A DNA stretch of 64,000 nt from Mobula hypostoma (Eukaryota), in NCBI RefSeq assembly GCF_963921235.1, contig NC_086109.1:2480001-2544000 (forward strand), written 5' to 3'. The notes under the pieces are model-generated. The model did no database searches. It was given only the letters and a program-made list of their open reading frames with translations, and was not told the origin of the DNA. The translations under genes were made by a program, and so were the position numbers. Shown one piece after another: positions 25,344 through 37,759 of the stretch (positions within the stretch are counted from its first letter, which is position 1; every line of letters starts with the position of its first letter).

Positions 25344-25499
25344 TTTCATCCCCATGTGAGCGAGAATGATGCAGCTTTATGCAGCTTTTATCATCACCCA
25401 GATACAGAATGACGATCACGAAGGAGATCACGATGAGGATCACGATGAGGATCGCGGTGGCAACCTTCCAACCATTGTCTGATTTTCTGTGATCTGGAT
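25344..25499 (-). CDS. Transmembrane exon of CD2/SLAM-like gene A (candidate)
   Basis: Acceptor ttttatctccccag| and donor |gtaagg; 156 bp, phase 1-1. Encodes (D)PDHRKSDNGW-KVATAILIVILIVISFVIVILYL-GDDKSCIKLHHSRSHGDE. Confidence 0.7.
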
Positions 25500-26397
25500 C
25501 TGGGGAGATAAAAGATTTTGTCATTAATCCCATCCTTACACTCCCAGTGACAAGGAATTGATGGATCCAGTCCATCCCACCACAGGGCAGAGAAAACTCC
25601 CTGTCACTGCAACACCGTGCCCCAGTCCTCTCTAGTCAGCCCCACATCACTCTGCTCCACCACCCCGCTCACCTTGAATATCTTCATCCACTCCAAACAG
25701 CCCCATATCCTCCCTTCTAATTGTAGTCTCCAATGTCTCTGACAGTATCCTCATATGATGTTAGTCCAGCACCCTCACTCAGACCCTCAGTAACCCCTCT
25801 CCCCCAGCACACTCTGACTGACTGACTGCTTCTAGTATGAAATGGTGATACAGCCCTTGCACACTCACAGGACAGGAATTAGACACAGAGGCAAGATCCG
25901 TTTGCACTGACCCATCACCCACTCGCAGAGCCTGAGTTAGTTGCAGGAATCTGCGCTCAGTCGGTATATGCATCTGCTGTGGAGATGGAGGGAGATGATC
26001 TGTCTCCCTCTGACTGATGCTGGTGGGAAAGAGGGGAGGGGGTAGTAGGTGGAGATGACAATGTTCCTTACACTCTATGATTGGTGTCTGTGGAATGAAA
26101 TACTGTTGGTAGAGGCTGGAAGATCACCTGGGTGTGACCCTGAAAGAGTGAGATGGTAAAGTGCACAGCCCAGGTCAGCAGGGCCTCTCTGCATGAAGAA
26201 GATTGATTTTTATATCAGGGGCTTTTGTGAGGCCTCAACAATCCTGGGTGAAGAGGCTACACAAAGTCAAAGACACAGCACAGGAGGGCAGGAACAGATC
26301 CCCCAACCCACACTTCCACTCCCTGCCCCACCATAATTTATCTCTCCTCCGCTGTGCTGTTGTTACTGGGTTGTACTGAGGTTGTATCTCCTAAGGC

Positions 26398-26770
26398 CTG
26401 TGGACCTGATGGTCATTGCATTCTCACCACTGGTGGGACCCATCCACAGTTACCACCGCGGGCCTAATGGTCATCGCATTCTCACCGGTGGTGGGATGTT
26501 TCCACAATTACCACTATGGACCTGGTGGACAGCTCATTCTCTCTGGTGGTGGGACCCTCCCACCATTACCACTGTGGACCTGATGGATGTCTCTCACTGG
26601 TGGTGCTACCATTCCATTGTTAGACCACTGTGTGCCTGCTGGACAATTCATTGTCTCCAGAGGTGGAATATTCCCACAGTTACACCACTGTGGGCCTGGT
26701 GGACAGATCAGTCTTTCTGGTGGTGGGACGTTCCCACAGTTACACCACTGTGGACACAATGGATACCTCG
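26398..26770. repeat. Diverged tandem repeat, 57-60 bp unit, about 6.5 copies
   Basis: The CACTGTGGACCTG(A/G)TGG...TGGTGG(T)GGGA...CCACAGTTAC motif recurs at about 26398, 26457, 26514, 26571, 26628, 26688 and 26748. Confidence 0.75.
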
Positions 26771-26979
26771 CTTTCTCCAGTGAGTGATTATCAGACACCC
26801 AGTAACATTGCAGCTTCATTCATTCATATTGCACAGTCGCTGTTCAAACTGCTATGGAAGAGTGTGGAGAGAAACTATGGTCACACCAACATGAACCTCA
26901 AAGTCTGTTTAAAGGGAATGGTTGAGATTGCTGTCTCTTTTGCAACTGTCACAGCATTGGAAATGTAGGGTTAGACCGA

Positions 26980-29900
26980 GCTCAGCCTGACAATCGAGTG
27001 GATTATGTTGCTTGCCATCAGGAGAACACCTGTAATTAGGACATTGTAGCCATTTGGAAGACATGATTGCAGGAGGGGCAAGACTGGCAGCTCAATATTC
27101 CGGGGTTCCGTTGTTTTAGATGTGACAGAGCGGGAGGGATTAAAGGAGGAGGGCTGGCATTACTAGTCAGAGAGAATATCACCGCAGATTGACAGGAGAA
27201 CACGACTAGTGAGGCGTTACGGCTGGAACTGAGAAAACAAAAAGGAATGACCATGTTAATGGGGCTAAATTACAAACAACCCAATAGTCCACAGGATTTA
27301 GAGGAACAAATTTATAGAGAGCTCGCAGACTGTTGCCAGAAACATAAGGTTGTTATAGTTGGTGATTTTAAACTTTCCACATAATGGCTGGGAATCCCAT
27401 ACTGTAAAAGGACGAGATGGGATAGAGTTGGTTAAATGTATTCAGGAAAGTTTCCTTCGTCAGTGTGTAGAAGTCCCAACGAGAGTTGCTGATGCTTAGT
27501 CTGCTATTAGGAAATGAGACAGGGCAGATGACAGAAGTTGGTGCAGAGGAACTCTTTGTATCTAGTGACGACAATGACATTAGTTTCAAAGTGAATATAC
27601 AAAGAGGTAGTCCAATCACAAACAAGAGAAAATCTGCAGATGCTGGAAATCCAAGCAACACCCACAAAATGCTAGAGGAACTTAGCTGGCCAGGCAGCAT
27701 CTATGGAAAAGAGTACAGCTGACATTTCAGGCCGAGACCCTCAGGGTCGATGGTACTGTTTTCTTTAGGTGCTGCCTGTTCCTCCAGCATTTTGTGTATG
27801 ATACAAAGAGATAGATCTGGTCTGTGAGTTGAGATCCTAAATTAGAGACAGGCCAATTTTAATGGTATCAGAAATGATCTGGCAAGTGTGGTTTGGGACA
27901 GGCTGTTTCTGACAAAGGTGTACTTGGAAAGTAGAAGGCCTTCAAAAATGAAATTTTCAGAATAGAGATTTTATATGCCTGTCAGAATAAAAGGTGCATG
28001 CATGAATTAATAGCATGCATCGGGAACTTTGGTTTACAAGAGATCTTGAGCCCCCGTTTCAGAGATAAAAGGGGGTATATAGCAGGCATAGGCAAGTATG
28101 AACAAATGAGGTGCTCATGAAACACAAGAAATGCAAGGGGAGGCTTTAGAAAGAAATTAGAAAGACTAAAGTAAGGTTTGAAGTTGCTCTCGCAGACAAG
28201 GTGAAGGAGAATCCTAAAGGATTCTACAGGTATGTTAAGAGCAAAAGGATTGCTAGGGACAACATTGGTTTGCTGGAAGACATGAATGGTAGTCCATGTG
28301 TGGAGCCAGAACAGATGGGGAGATGGGAAATGCATTCTTTGCATCTGTATTTACTCAGGGGGTGGATACAGAGTCTACAGAAGTGAGCCATAGTGGCAAC
28401 TTCATGGATCCTCCACAGATTACAGAGCAGGACGTGTTTGCCACCCTGAGACAAATCAGCGTGGATAAATCCACAGCACCTGACAAGGTGTTCCCTCGGA
28501 TCCTGTGGAAGCCAAGTGCAGAAATTTCCAGGGGCCGATCAGAGATATTTAAATCACCCTTAACTATAGGAGTGGTACCAAAGGATTGGAGGATAGCCAA
28601 TGGTGTTTCACTGTTTAAAAAAGGCTCTGAGGGACCAGATATATCAGTAATGGATAGATATGGACTGATTAAGGATAGCCAGCATGGCTTTGTACGTGGT
28701 ATGTCGTGTCTAATTAATCTTGTAAGTTTTTATCGAGGAAGTTACCGGGAAAGTGGATGAAGGCAAGGTAGCAGATGTTGTCTGCATAGATTTTAGAAAG
28801 GCATTTGACAAGATCCGACATGAGTGTCTGGTCAAGAAGGATCTGTTGCTTGGCATTCAGGATGAGAGAGTAAATTGGATTAGACATTGGCTTTGTGGAA
28901 GAAGCCAGAAAGTGGTAGTAGAATGTTCCCTCTCGGACTGGAGGCCTGTAACTAGTGGTGTCAATGCTGGGTCCTTTGTTGTTTGCCATCTGTAGCAATG
29001 ATCTAAATAATCATGTGGATAACTAGATCAGCAAATTTGTGGATGACACAGTTTTGGGGTGTAGTGGACAGTGAGGAAAGATATCATGGATTGCAAAGTG
29101 ATCTGTATCAGCTGGAAAAATGGACCGAAGAATGGCAGATGGAATTTAAGACAGACAAGTACGAGGTTTGGCATTTCAGTAGGACCAACAGCAGGTCTTA
29201 CGCAGTGAATGGTAGGGCACTGAGGACTGTGGTAGAACAAAGGGATCTGGGAATACAGATTCATAATTCATTGAAAATGACATCATAGATGGGGTCATAA
29301 AGAAAGCTTTTGGCACATTGGCCTTCAGAAGATGAGATGTTATGACGAAGTTGTATAAGACATCGGTGAGGCCTAATTTGGAGCATTGAATGGAGTTTGT
29401 CACCTACCTCCAGGAAGGATGTAAACAGGGTTGAAAGAGTGAATAGAATATTTACAAGGCTGTTGCCGGGTCGGGAGGACCTGGGTTATAAGGAAAGATT
29501 GAATAGATCACAACTGTTTTCTTTAGAATGTAGACAATTGGGAGGAGATTTATAAAGGTATACAAAATTATGAGGGTATAATAGGGGCAATACAAAGGCT
29601 TTTTCCACTGACGTTGGGTAGGACTCCCACCAGAGATCATTGGTTAAGGTTGAAAGGTTAGAAGTTTAAGGCAAAAATGAAGGGAAACTTCTTCACTCAG
29701 AGGGTCACGAGATTGCGGAATGAGCTGCCAGTGCAAGTGGTCCATGCAAGCTCGATTTCAATGTTTAAGAGAAAATTGGATAGGTAGGTATATGGATAGC
29801 CGGGATATGGAGGGCAATGATGTCGGTGCAGGTCATTGCGAGTAGGCAATTACAATGGTTTCAGCATGGATTAGATGGACCGAAGGGCCGGTTTCTGTGC

Positions 29901-30170
29901 TGTATTTCTCTTCGACAATGACTCTAAAGGACTCACTGTGGATGAGATATTTCTGTTGGTGGACACACTTGAGGTCTCCAGCAGCTTTCTAATCTGCCAT
30001 CTGACATGGTAAATGCAGGCTCAGTCTTAAGTTTTAAGAATAAGTTGGACAGGTACATGAATGGGAGAGTCTGGAGGGTTATGGACTGGATGCAGGTCAA
30101 TGGGACTAACGGAATAATGTTTCAGCACAGACTAGAAGGGCCGAATGGCCTGTTTTCTGTGCTGTGGTTC
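26980..30170 (+). mobile_element. Degenerate CR1 ORF2 (endonuclease to 3' tail), with a Penelope fold-back at about 27620-27800 and a second CR1 3' end at about 29990-30180
   Basis: ORF pieces 28201-28386, 28296-28760, 28753-28995 (DFRKAFDK) and 29013-29288; CR1 tail motifs. Confidence 0.85.
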
Positions 30171-30779
30171 TAAGGTTCTATTCCCCATGAGCTCCTCTAC
30201 CATCTGCATCTTCAGGGAGGTGCTGCTGGAGATCACCCCATTCCCACTCAATCGTCAGCACAGCAGCCACGTCTCCTCTTTCTACCGCAAGCTGATGTGG
30301 AAGGAGGTTACTGACGGGCAGATCATTGTTTGCTTCCCAGTGACAGATAGCTGTGTGTCCCAGCCCTCAGGCTGCGCTTGGTGCCACTGGGATAGTACTG
30401 TTATGCCTGGCCTCTAACCCACTCCCGAGGCAGTAGGTGTGGATCAGCAGCGGGTAAGGAGGGAGGGGAATTTTTGGGTGGAAGGAAGGTGCAGAGGGTA
30501 ACTGAACACTTCCATTCACATTACCTGGCCACCATCTCCAGTACTGCCCTTTCCCTGGGCCTGACCCTGGGAAGTCCACCTGTTCCAAGGTTGGGGGAGT
30601 CAGGCAGGAGGATGGAGAGTTGGAGGTGGTGACTTCCTGTTTGATAGAGTGTCTGAGCCTCTGTACCCCTCAGGGAAGGAGGAAATACTCTCACTAAGTT
30701 GAAGGGTGGTCTTGAGGTGCAGAGACCATTTGGGGTTGGGGGATGAAGTCGGCTGCTGGGTCCACAGACATGATAGCCA

Positions 30780-31100
30780 ATCCCTTGAACTATGCAGCTC
30801 CTGACTGACCATGCTAAGTTGCTGGAACTGAAGGAGGATATATTCAGGGCCATCCAGGATGCTGAGAGCATCATCGATAACAGTTTCTGTGCAGTAGTCA
30901 CAGGTACACTGCAGATGGGTTGGTGAACACCAGGAAAGGTAGAGAGAGCAGTAACAAGTACTTCCCTTTGGACGCTGCTGCTGGGGGTAGGTGGGGAAAT
31001 GACCTTTCAGGCCACAGCAGCAGCCAGGCGGGTGGCACTGTGACCACTGTGAGGCTCAGTTGGGAAGGGTAAAGTCACACTGAGCAAAAGTGACAGCTTA
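30780..31100 (+). mobile_element. CR1 ORF1 remnant
   Basis: Nucleotide pattern matches the ORF1 region at 21900-22080 and 24100-24230 (CAGCTCCTG..., GTAGTCACA..., GGGGAAATGACC). Confidence 0.55.
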
Positions 31101-31289
31101 TTGTCACCTCAGCACTGTTCCCTCTAAAACTGCACAGGTGCATGGCTGCGCAATAACTGAAATGCTCTCATGCACATAGCCTTTGTTGCCATGCAGCAGG
31201 AATTGGATGCAGCTAGAAAAAGTTTTGAAACTTGAAAGGTTTACTTGTTGTACTGTATTTCATTTTACGCTTCAATTAATAAACAAAAA

Positions 31290-31485
31290 TCAAAAGTATG
31301 GAAAAGAGTAAACAGTGGACGTTATAGGTCATGACCCTTCAAAGGACTGCCAAAGGGTTTTGGCCTGAAACGTTGACTGTACTTTTTTCCCCTTGGTGCT
31401 GCCTGGCCTGCTGAGTTCCTCCAGCATTTTGTGTGTGTTGCTCGGATGTCCAGCATCTGCAGATTTTCTCTTGCTTGTGATTCTG
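31290..31485. repeat. Penelope-derived fold-back centred on a decayed hammerhead
   Basis: Arms AAAAGAGTAAACAGTGGACGTT...ACCCTT / AAGGGT...TGAAACGTTGACTGTACTTTTT, followed by the Penelope tail. Confidence 0.75.
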
Positions 31486-32007
31486 TTATGCTGGGTGTGG
31501 GTGTGCTCTTGTATTTGTGTACTTTGCTGAGCTCAGACCGCAGTCCGGGCCATTAGCAAGCAGTGCTCTGAGAAATAGACGGAACTGGGATCCCTGAACG
31601 TGACAGACCACACCTTTGACCTGGAGATACTGTGGGATCTGTTTAACCGTGACCCACAGATATAGACCATTTGGCCCATCCATTACAGTCCCTCCCACCC
31701 CATTGGCTATTGCTCTGTTTTCCACTCCATATGTACTCAGCTCCTCCAGCCTCAGAGTCACGAGGTTCCCCATCAGCAGTTTGATGCTTCACAGCCTCTG
31801 GTCCAGTCTCTGGGGATGTGGTGAGTGTGTCCTCCAGACTCACACTGTCTCAACCCCACTACACTGGGACCGTGAGCCCAGCTCTGGACACGGGCAGACA
31901 GTGGGGCTCAGAAAACAGGGGGAACACACAGGATCTGCCCTCACCCATTAATTAGGGGTGTTTCAGGAACTGGTGAAACCCGGACCTCTTCACGGTATCT
32001 CACTTAC

Positions 32008-32316
32008 CAGCTACCTTCAGTTGCACTTTCCTCTTAGTCCGTGTTCCTGAACTTGTTGTAACAATCACCTCATAAACGTCAGTGTCCTCTTTCTGTAGAT
32101 CATGGATTATTAAACTATAGTCTGCTGGATGACAGCCTATCCGTTGCTTGTACTTTTTAGTATCGAGATATGTCGATTTCCCATTCATGCATTCTGCTAT
32201 CTTGGTTGAGTTTGATAATATTCTCCACACAACATTGGTAATGTTTGCCGCTTCTGGGATCTCAAAAGTTAACCAAGCCACTTCTCCGAGGGCACCTTCC
32301 ACGACGGGAATCTCAT
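32008..32316 (-). CDS. IgV-set exon, CD2/SLAM-family-like (gene A)
   Basis: Acceptor cttgtctcctcag| and donor |gtaagt; 309 bp, phase 1-1, open. Encodes DEIPVVEGALGEVAWLTF...VVWR...YKQRI...LIIHDLQKEDTDVYEV...VQLKVA. It has a V-set pattern (C-strand W, L.I.DL...D...Y) without the B/F-strand cysteines, which is characteristic of CD2/SLAM domain 1. Confidence 0.88.
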
Positions 32317-32424
32317 CTGAGGAGACAAGTGAAAACAGTTATCAGGAGGAGGAATTAATGCTGAGGAATCACAGACACAGGAGCAGCCATTTCAAGTTTC
32401 AGGATTCAAATCCAAGGTTGTTTA

Positions 32425-35190
32425 TGTCACAATGGTGGGGCATTGGGAGCAAGGGTGGACCCAAATGCAAGACACATCTTGTGAGGTTAATTAAATTGAG
32501 TTTATTGTTTGATACCAGGAGAGCAAAGCAGAAGCAGGAATAGCAAACTGGACAAGGACTCAGGACTACGACGAGGCTGGGACGAGGTCTGGGCTTGGAC
32601 TCGGAATTGGATCCCAGAACTAGAGGAGACATGAAGAGGCTAAGGTATGGACTCCGAGCCCGAGACTGGGCAAGGACCCAGTACCTGGGTCTTGCCACGG
32701 GCTCGGACCCCAGAACCAGGCATGGACATGACAGGGGCTAGGGAGAGGAGGAACATGGAAAAACAGAACCTCGGTCTTGGGAGAGCAGGCACATGGAACC
32801 AGGGACACGTACACAGAACACAGAGTCGGGACCTCTCCTTGGGTACAGGACATAGGGCCGGGACTCATGACACCCCCACGGGGCAACTGCAAGACGGCCT
32901 GACTTATCCCACGGAGGTGAGGACAAGATATGACAAGACATGACCCCCTGTGGGGCAACGGCAAGGAGGTCATACTTACCCCATGGAGGCAAGGACAAGA
33001 CAAGACCAACACGAAAGAACACCAGACAGTACCTATCTAGCTCCGGCGATAGAACTGGACTGAAGTGCAGGCGAGGGCTGAAGATGAGGGCGAGAGGCGA
33101 GAGGGACAGAGAAGGGATTCAGACAGCGGGGTAGGACAGGAATCACAGACCGCCAGGGCCAGGACTTGACTCGGAACTTGGATGCCGCCAGGGCCGGGAC
33201 TCGACTCAGAACTTGGATGCCGCCAGGGACAGGAATCGACTCGGTACTTGGATGCCGCTAGGGACGGGACTTGACTTGGAGCCTCTGGGTAGTGGCGAGC
33301 TCTTGACTCGGCCCGGAAACAGTGGACAGCGGTTCTTGATTCCCTCTGGCGGGTTAACTGACGGACCCACCTCGGTGAGGAAACTTTGCAGGCTCGTTTT
33401 GGCAAGGTAACTTGACAGGGTTGCTCCGGTGAGGAAAGGTGAATTACTGGCACTTACTTCGGGCGGAGACTAGGCTTGCTGTGGCCAGGTGACATTGGCA
33501 CGCCGTACCTTTGGCGACTTTGCAAAGGCTCTTGCACCGAACGGCTGAAAGCCGGAGACCATAAACTACCGGTTCAGTCGAGAGTAAATTGCCTCCAATC
33601 ACCAAAGCTGAGAGACACGGGAAAACAGGAAACCAAAGGGCAACAGGGAGTCAACGGTCCGGATCGTAACATAAACAAAGTAAATTTAAAGGGACCCTGA
33701 TCCGGACCATGACAGTATCCTCCCTCCCTCCCCAATGGGAGCTTCCAGGCAACCAACAGATTTGCTGTATTATCGATGACCCGGGTGGGTGGAGGGGTGT
33801 TTGGCCGGCGGCAAAACAGAACAACAACACCTTGACTTTCAGGCTGACAAGAGTTTGGAAAAACAGTGTTTGTGTCTGCTGGGTCCATGTTTGGCGAGAG
33901 CGTTCTGTCACAATGGTGGGGCATTGGGAGCAAGGGTGGACCCAAATGCAAGGCACATCTTGTGAGGTTAATTAAATTGAGTTTATTGTTTGATACCAGG
34001 AGAGCAAAGCAGAAGCAGGAGTAGCGAACCGGACAAGGACTCAGGATTACGACTAGGCTGGGACTAGGGCTCTGGGCCTGGACTCGGAATTGGATCCCAG
34101 AACAAGCGGCAACATGCAGAGGCTAGGGTATGGACTCCGAGCCAGAGACTGGGCAAGGACCCAGTACCTGGGTCTTGCCTCGGGCTCGGACCCCAGAACT
34201 AGGCAAGGACATGAGATGGGCTAGGGAGAGGAGGATCATGGAAAAACAGAGCCTCAGTCTCAGGAGAGCAGGTACATGGAACCATGGACACATACACAGA
34301 ATGCAGAATCAGGACCCCTCCTTGGGTACAGGACATAGGGCCGGGACTCATGAACCCCCATGGGGCAACGCAAGACGGCCTGACTTACCCCACAGAGGCA
34401 AGGACAAGACACAACAAGACATGACCCCCCCCCCCCGTGGGGGAATGGCAAGATGGCCTGACTTACCCCACGGAGGCGAGGAGAAGACATGACCCCCCGC
34501 GGAGCAATGGCAACTCGGCCAGACTTACCCCACGGAGGCGAGGACAAGACAAGACCAACACGAAAGAACACCAGACAGTACCTATCTAGCTCCCGCGATA
34601 GAACTAGACTGAAGTGCAGGCGAGGACTGCAGACGAGGGCTAGAGGTGAGAGGGGCAGAGAAGTGATTCAGACAGTGGGGTAGGGTAGGAATCATGGAAC
34701 GCCAGGGCCGGGACTTGACTCAGAACTTGGATGTACCCAGAGCCAGGACTTGACTTGGAGCCTCTGGGTAGTGGTGAGCTCTCGACTCGGCCCGGAACAG
34801 TGGACAGCGGTTCTTGATTCCCTCCGGCGGGTTAACTGACAGACCCACCTCGGTGAGGAAACTTTGCAGGCTCGCTTTGGCGAGCTAACTTGACAGGGTT
34901 GCGCTGGTGAGGAAAGGCGAATTACCAGCACTCGCTTCGGGCGGAGACTAGGTTTGCTCCAGCCAGATGACATTGGCACGCTGTACCTTGGTGACTTTGC
35001 AAACGCTCCCAGACTGAACGGCTGAAAGCGGAAACTATAAACTACCGGTTCAGTCGAGAGTAAATTGTCTCCAATCACCAAAGCCGAGGGACACGGGAAA
35101 ACAGGGAACCAAAGGGAAACAGGGAGTCAATAGTCCAGATCGTAACATAAACAAAGTAAATTTAAAGGGACCCCGATCCGGACCATGACA
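32425..35190 (-). mobile_element. Non-autonomous LTR retrotransposon (Gypsy-like): two LTRs of about 1.29 kb (33906-35190, 32425-33714) and a 191-bp interior
   Basis: Both LTRs run TGTCA...TGACA. 5-bp TSD GTTTA at 32420-32424 and 35191-35195. Minus-strand PPT GGGAGGGAGGATAC at 33715-33728. After the 5' LTR: GAACGCTCTCGCCAAAC-ATG GAC CCA GCA GAC (MDPAD, gag-start-like). Confidence 0.9.
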
Positions 35191-36899
35191 GTTTATTGTC
35201 ACACTTCAGTACACAAGTGTAACGGAGAACAAAATAATTGTTACTGGATCCGAGGTAGCATAAAAAAAACATGAAGCATAAACAAAACAATAAATATAGA
35301 CACGAGACAGGCAGCGGATGCTGGAAATCCAAAGCAAAACACAAAATGCTGGAGGAACTCAGCAGGTCAGGCAGCATCAATGGAAATGAATAAACGGTAG
35401 ACATTTTGGGCCGAAATCCTACATAAGAGTAGCTGATGTACATAAACTGATTGCATGTTCATAAAGTGACAATAGCTAGTGGAATATCTGTACATTATGT
35501 TACTCTGACAGGAAGTTACAACATAATGGTGGTGGGTTTATCGGTGGACGTGTAGATTAGCCTGATGGTTTGAGGGGAGTCTGCTGGCACATTCTCTGGG
35601 TCCCAGCCCAGTGAGAGAGCTGGGCCACAGTGAGCCCACACAGGGAAGAGTGAAGACTTCTTGCACCCGGTCCTGAGGAAGGAAGTTGCAACTTGCAGCC
35701 AGATATCAATAGAGGGGGCAGAGCTGGGGGTGGTGGGGCACAGACACGACAAATTGGACCCCGTCCAGGGATGCGGTGGGGGTACTGTTTGGGGAAGGTG
35801 GGATGAATGGGAGAGTGTAAGCGGTGTGGAGGGACAAAGGGAACTTGCCCACAGATCTTTGAATGAGGAATGACAAGAGGGTGAGGCAATCTGTATCTCT
35901 GCATTTGTTGATCAGGATCCCAGATCTGTGAACGGGGATAATGAATGTCTGGGTGGGGATGGTCAGAGCTGAGGCAGGACAAGAGAGCTCTGTGGATGGA
36001 ACAGGGCTGGGGAAGGTTGATGGAGGGGTCATGGCAGAATGAGAGAACAGAGGCTGAGGTCAGATTTAATAGGGTGGTGAAACGATGAGGGTCCCTGACT
36101 AAACAGAAAGGATCTCTGTCTCTGGGCAGAGAAGACGATACCAAGAGCCGCAGAAAGTACTAGACCGAACGGTGAGAGGGAAGTGGGGAGTGTACTCCAG
36201 GGAAAACATTGTCATGTGTTGGGAGGGGTGGTGGAGGCCATGATGGTCTTCACACAGATCAAACCCTGCATGAATAGGACCAGTCACTCTCTCACTGAAT
36301 GGGAGAGAGAGAGAGGTGTGAATAGGTGAAATGAGCTGGACTGATACAGCATGAAGTTAGCAGGAATTGACAGGCTGAAGAGCCACATTTGCTGAAATCT
36401 TCTGGTGATTCAGTAATTTCAGAACTGGTTCACAATGGGCCACATGACCTTCCTCAGTTTCATGAGTTCCCAACATCTGTGGGCCCATCATTATGGGTTC
36501 CCACGCCAGGGAGACCCGGGTTTATATACAGTCTATAATGTCCCAACACACACCTCTAGGACAGGGAAGGCTAGGGTTACATTCAGAGTCAAACCCATCT
36601 ACAATGTCTCAACAGAGACCTCTAGGACAGGGCAGGCTGAAACACTCCACTTTCAGACCCTGCAGGGTTATCTTCACACTGGGCATCCTCCCAGACTGGT
36701 GGTGTGGTGCATCTACCAGAGACACTGTCCCTCGGGAAGACTCCCAGCAATAAATATCAGCTGTCCTGCTCTGTTGTACTGAACTGGGACGGTCACCTTC
36801 ATTCAGAGTGTTCCTCCACCAGCAGTGAGAGACTTTCTGGCTCCATGGATGGGTGGATGGATGAAGCAGTGGATTGGATGAGACTCATAGCTGAAGCCT

Positions 36900-37660
36900 C
36901 TGGCTGTTCTGTCACAACGGGTGTTGAGGGGGCTCATCAATGAGGGTCATTCAGACCAGATTGCCACCCATGGCCAGAACTATTCATCAGACCAAGGCTC
37001 AGAAGTTGTTCTTGAGATCTGGCCTCTCTGTGACATTTCTCCAGGAGCAGAGGTATTTCTTTTGCAGGCTGCTCCTGCAAACTCTTCAGTTTTTCACACT
37101 GGACATGTTGTGCCAGTCCGTTCTGGTGTCTGGAGTGGAGGTGTTTATGTAGGAGTCCTCCCCCTTTCCACTGGGGCCTGGAGAAGAGAATGTTGTGAGA
37201 CAGGTTCCCAAGTCAATTAATGGGCTCCCCAGCCACCTCTCATTTCTGCAGCCTTGAGGAGAGAGTGTATCATGTATATATGGAGTGTGAGAGGCTGTAG
37301 GACTACTGAACCATCTGAAGGCGCTGTACCTCAAGTTCAGCTGCACCTCAGCCCTACCCTTGTGACCTTTGGTCACCCAATGCGAAGGCAGGTGAGTCAC
37401 TTGGGAATTCTCCAGATCGATCTGCTCTTGGGCCTGGCCAAGGTGACCATTTTCGGATCCAAGTGGTGGCCACTTGAGGGTTTTCCCTGAGCCAAATGCC
37501 CTTCTTCTGGAGTTGTGTCCATACCCGCGTGTCCCAGGAGAAGGAGCACATGGGCTCTCTAGAGGGCAATGTGTTAACTTCAATTATGTACATATTGCAA
37601 TGCGAGTGTGTATGTTAATATGAAAATCATATTTATAAAGAAATACTCAGCTGAATTTAC
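36900..37660 (+). mobile_element. Degenerate L1/Tx1-clade ORF2 C-terminus
   Basis: ESVYHVYMECERL and FGHPMRR...DLLLGLAKVTI resemble the Tx1/L1 terminal zinc-knuckle region; an A-rich end follows. Confidence 0.6.
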
Positions 37661-37759
37661 AATTGGAAAGATGTGGGCTGCCGCCAGTCAATGTGTGGGA
37701 CAATGGAAAAGAGGGGGAGGTGGGGAGGGCCCAGACTGTCATCAGCCTCAGTGGAGGGA

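Noticed and set aside
32399-35081. Numerous 60-150 aa ORFs within the LTRs
   Set aside because: They are GC-rich repeat-derived frames duplicated in both LTRs, with no gag, protease, RT or integrase motifs beyond the short MDPAD start.
36296-36352. Leader exon of gene A (MLYQSSSFHLFTPLSLSHS|gtgaga)
   Set aside because: It is phase 0 whereas the V exon needs phase 1, and it is only weakly hydrophobic. Not listed as a feature.
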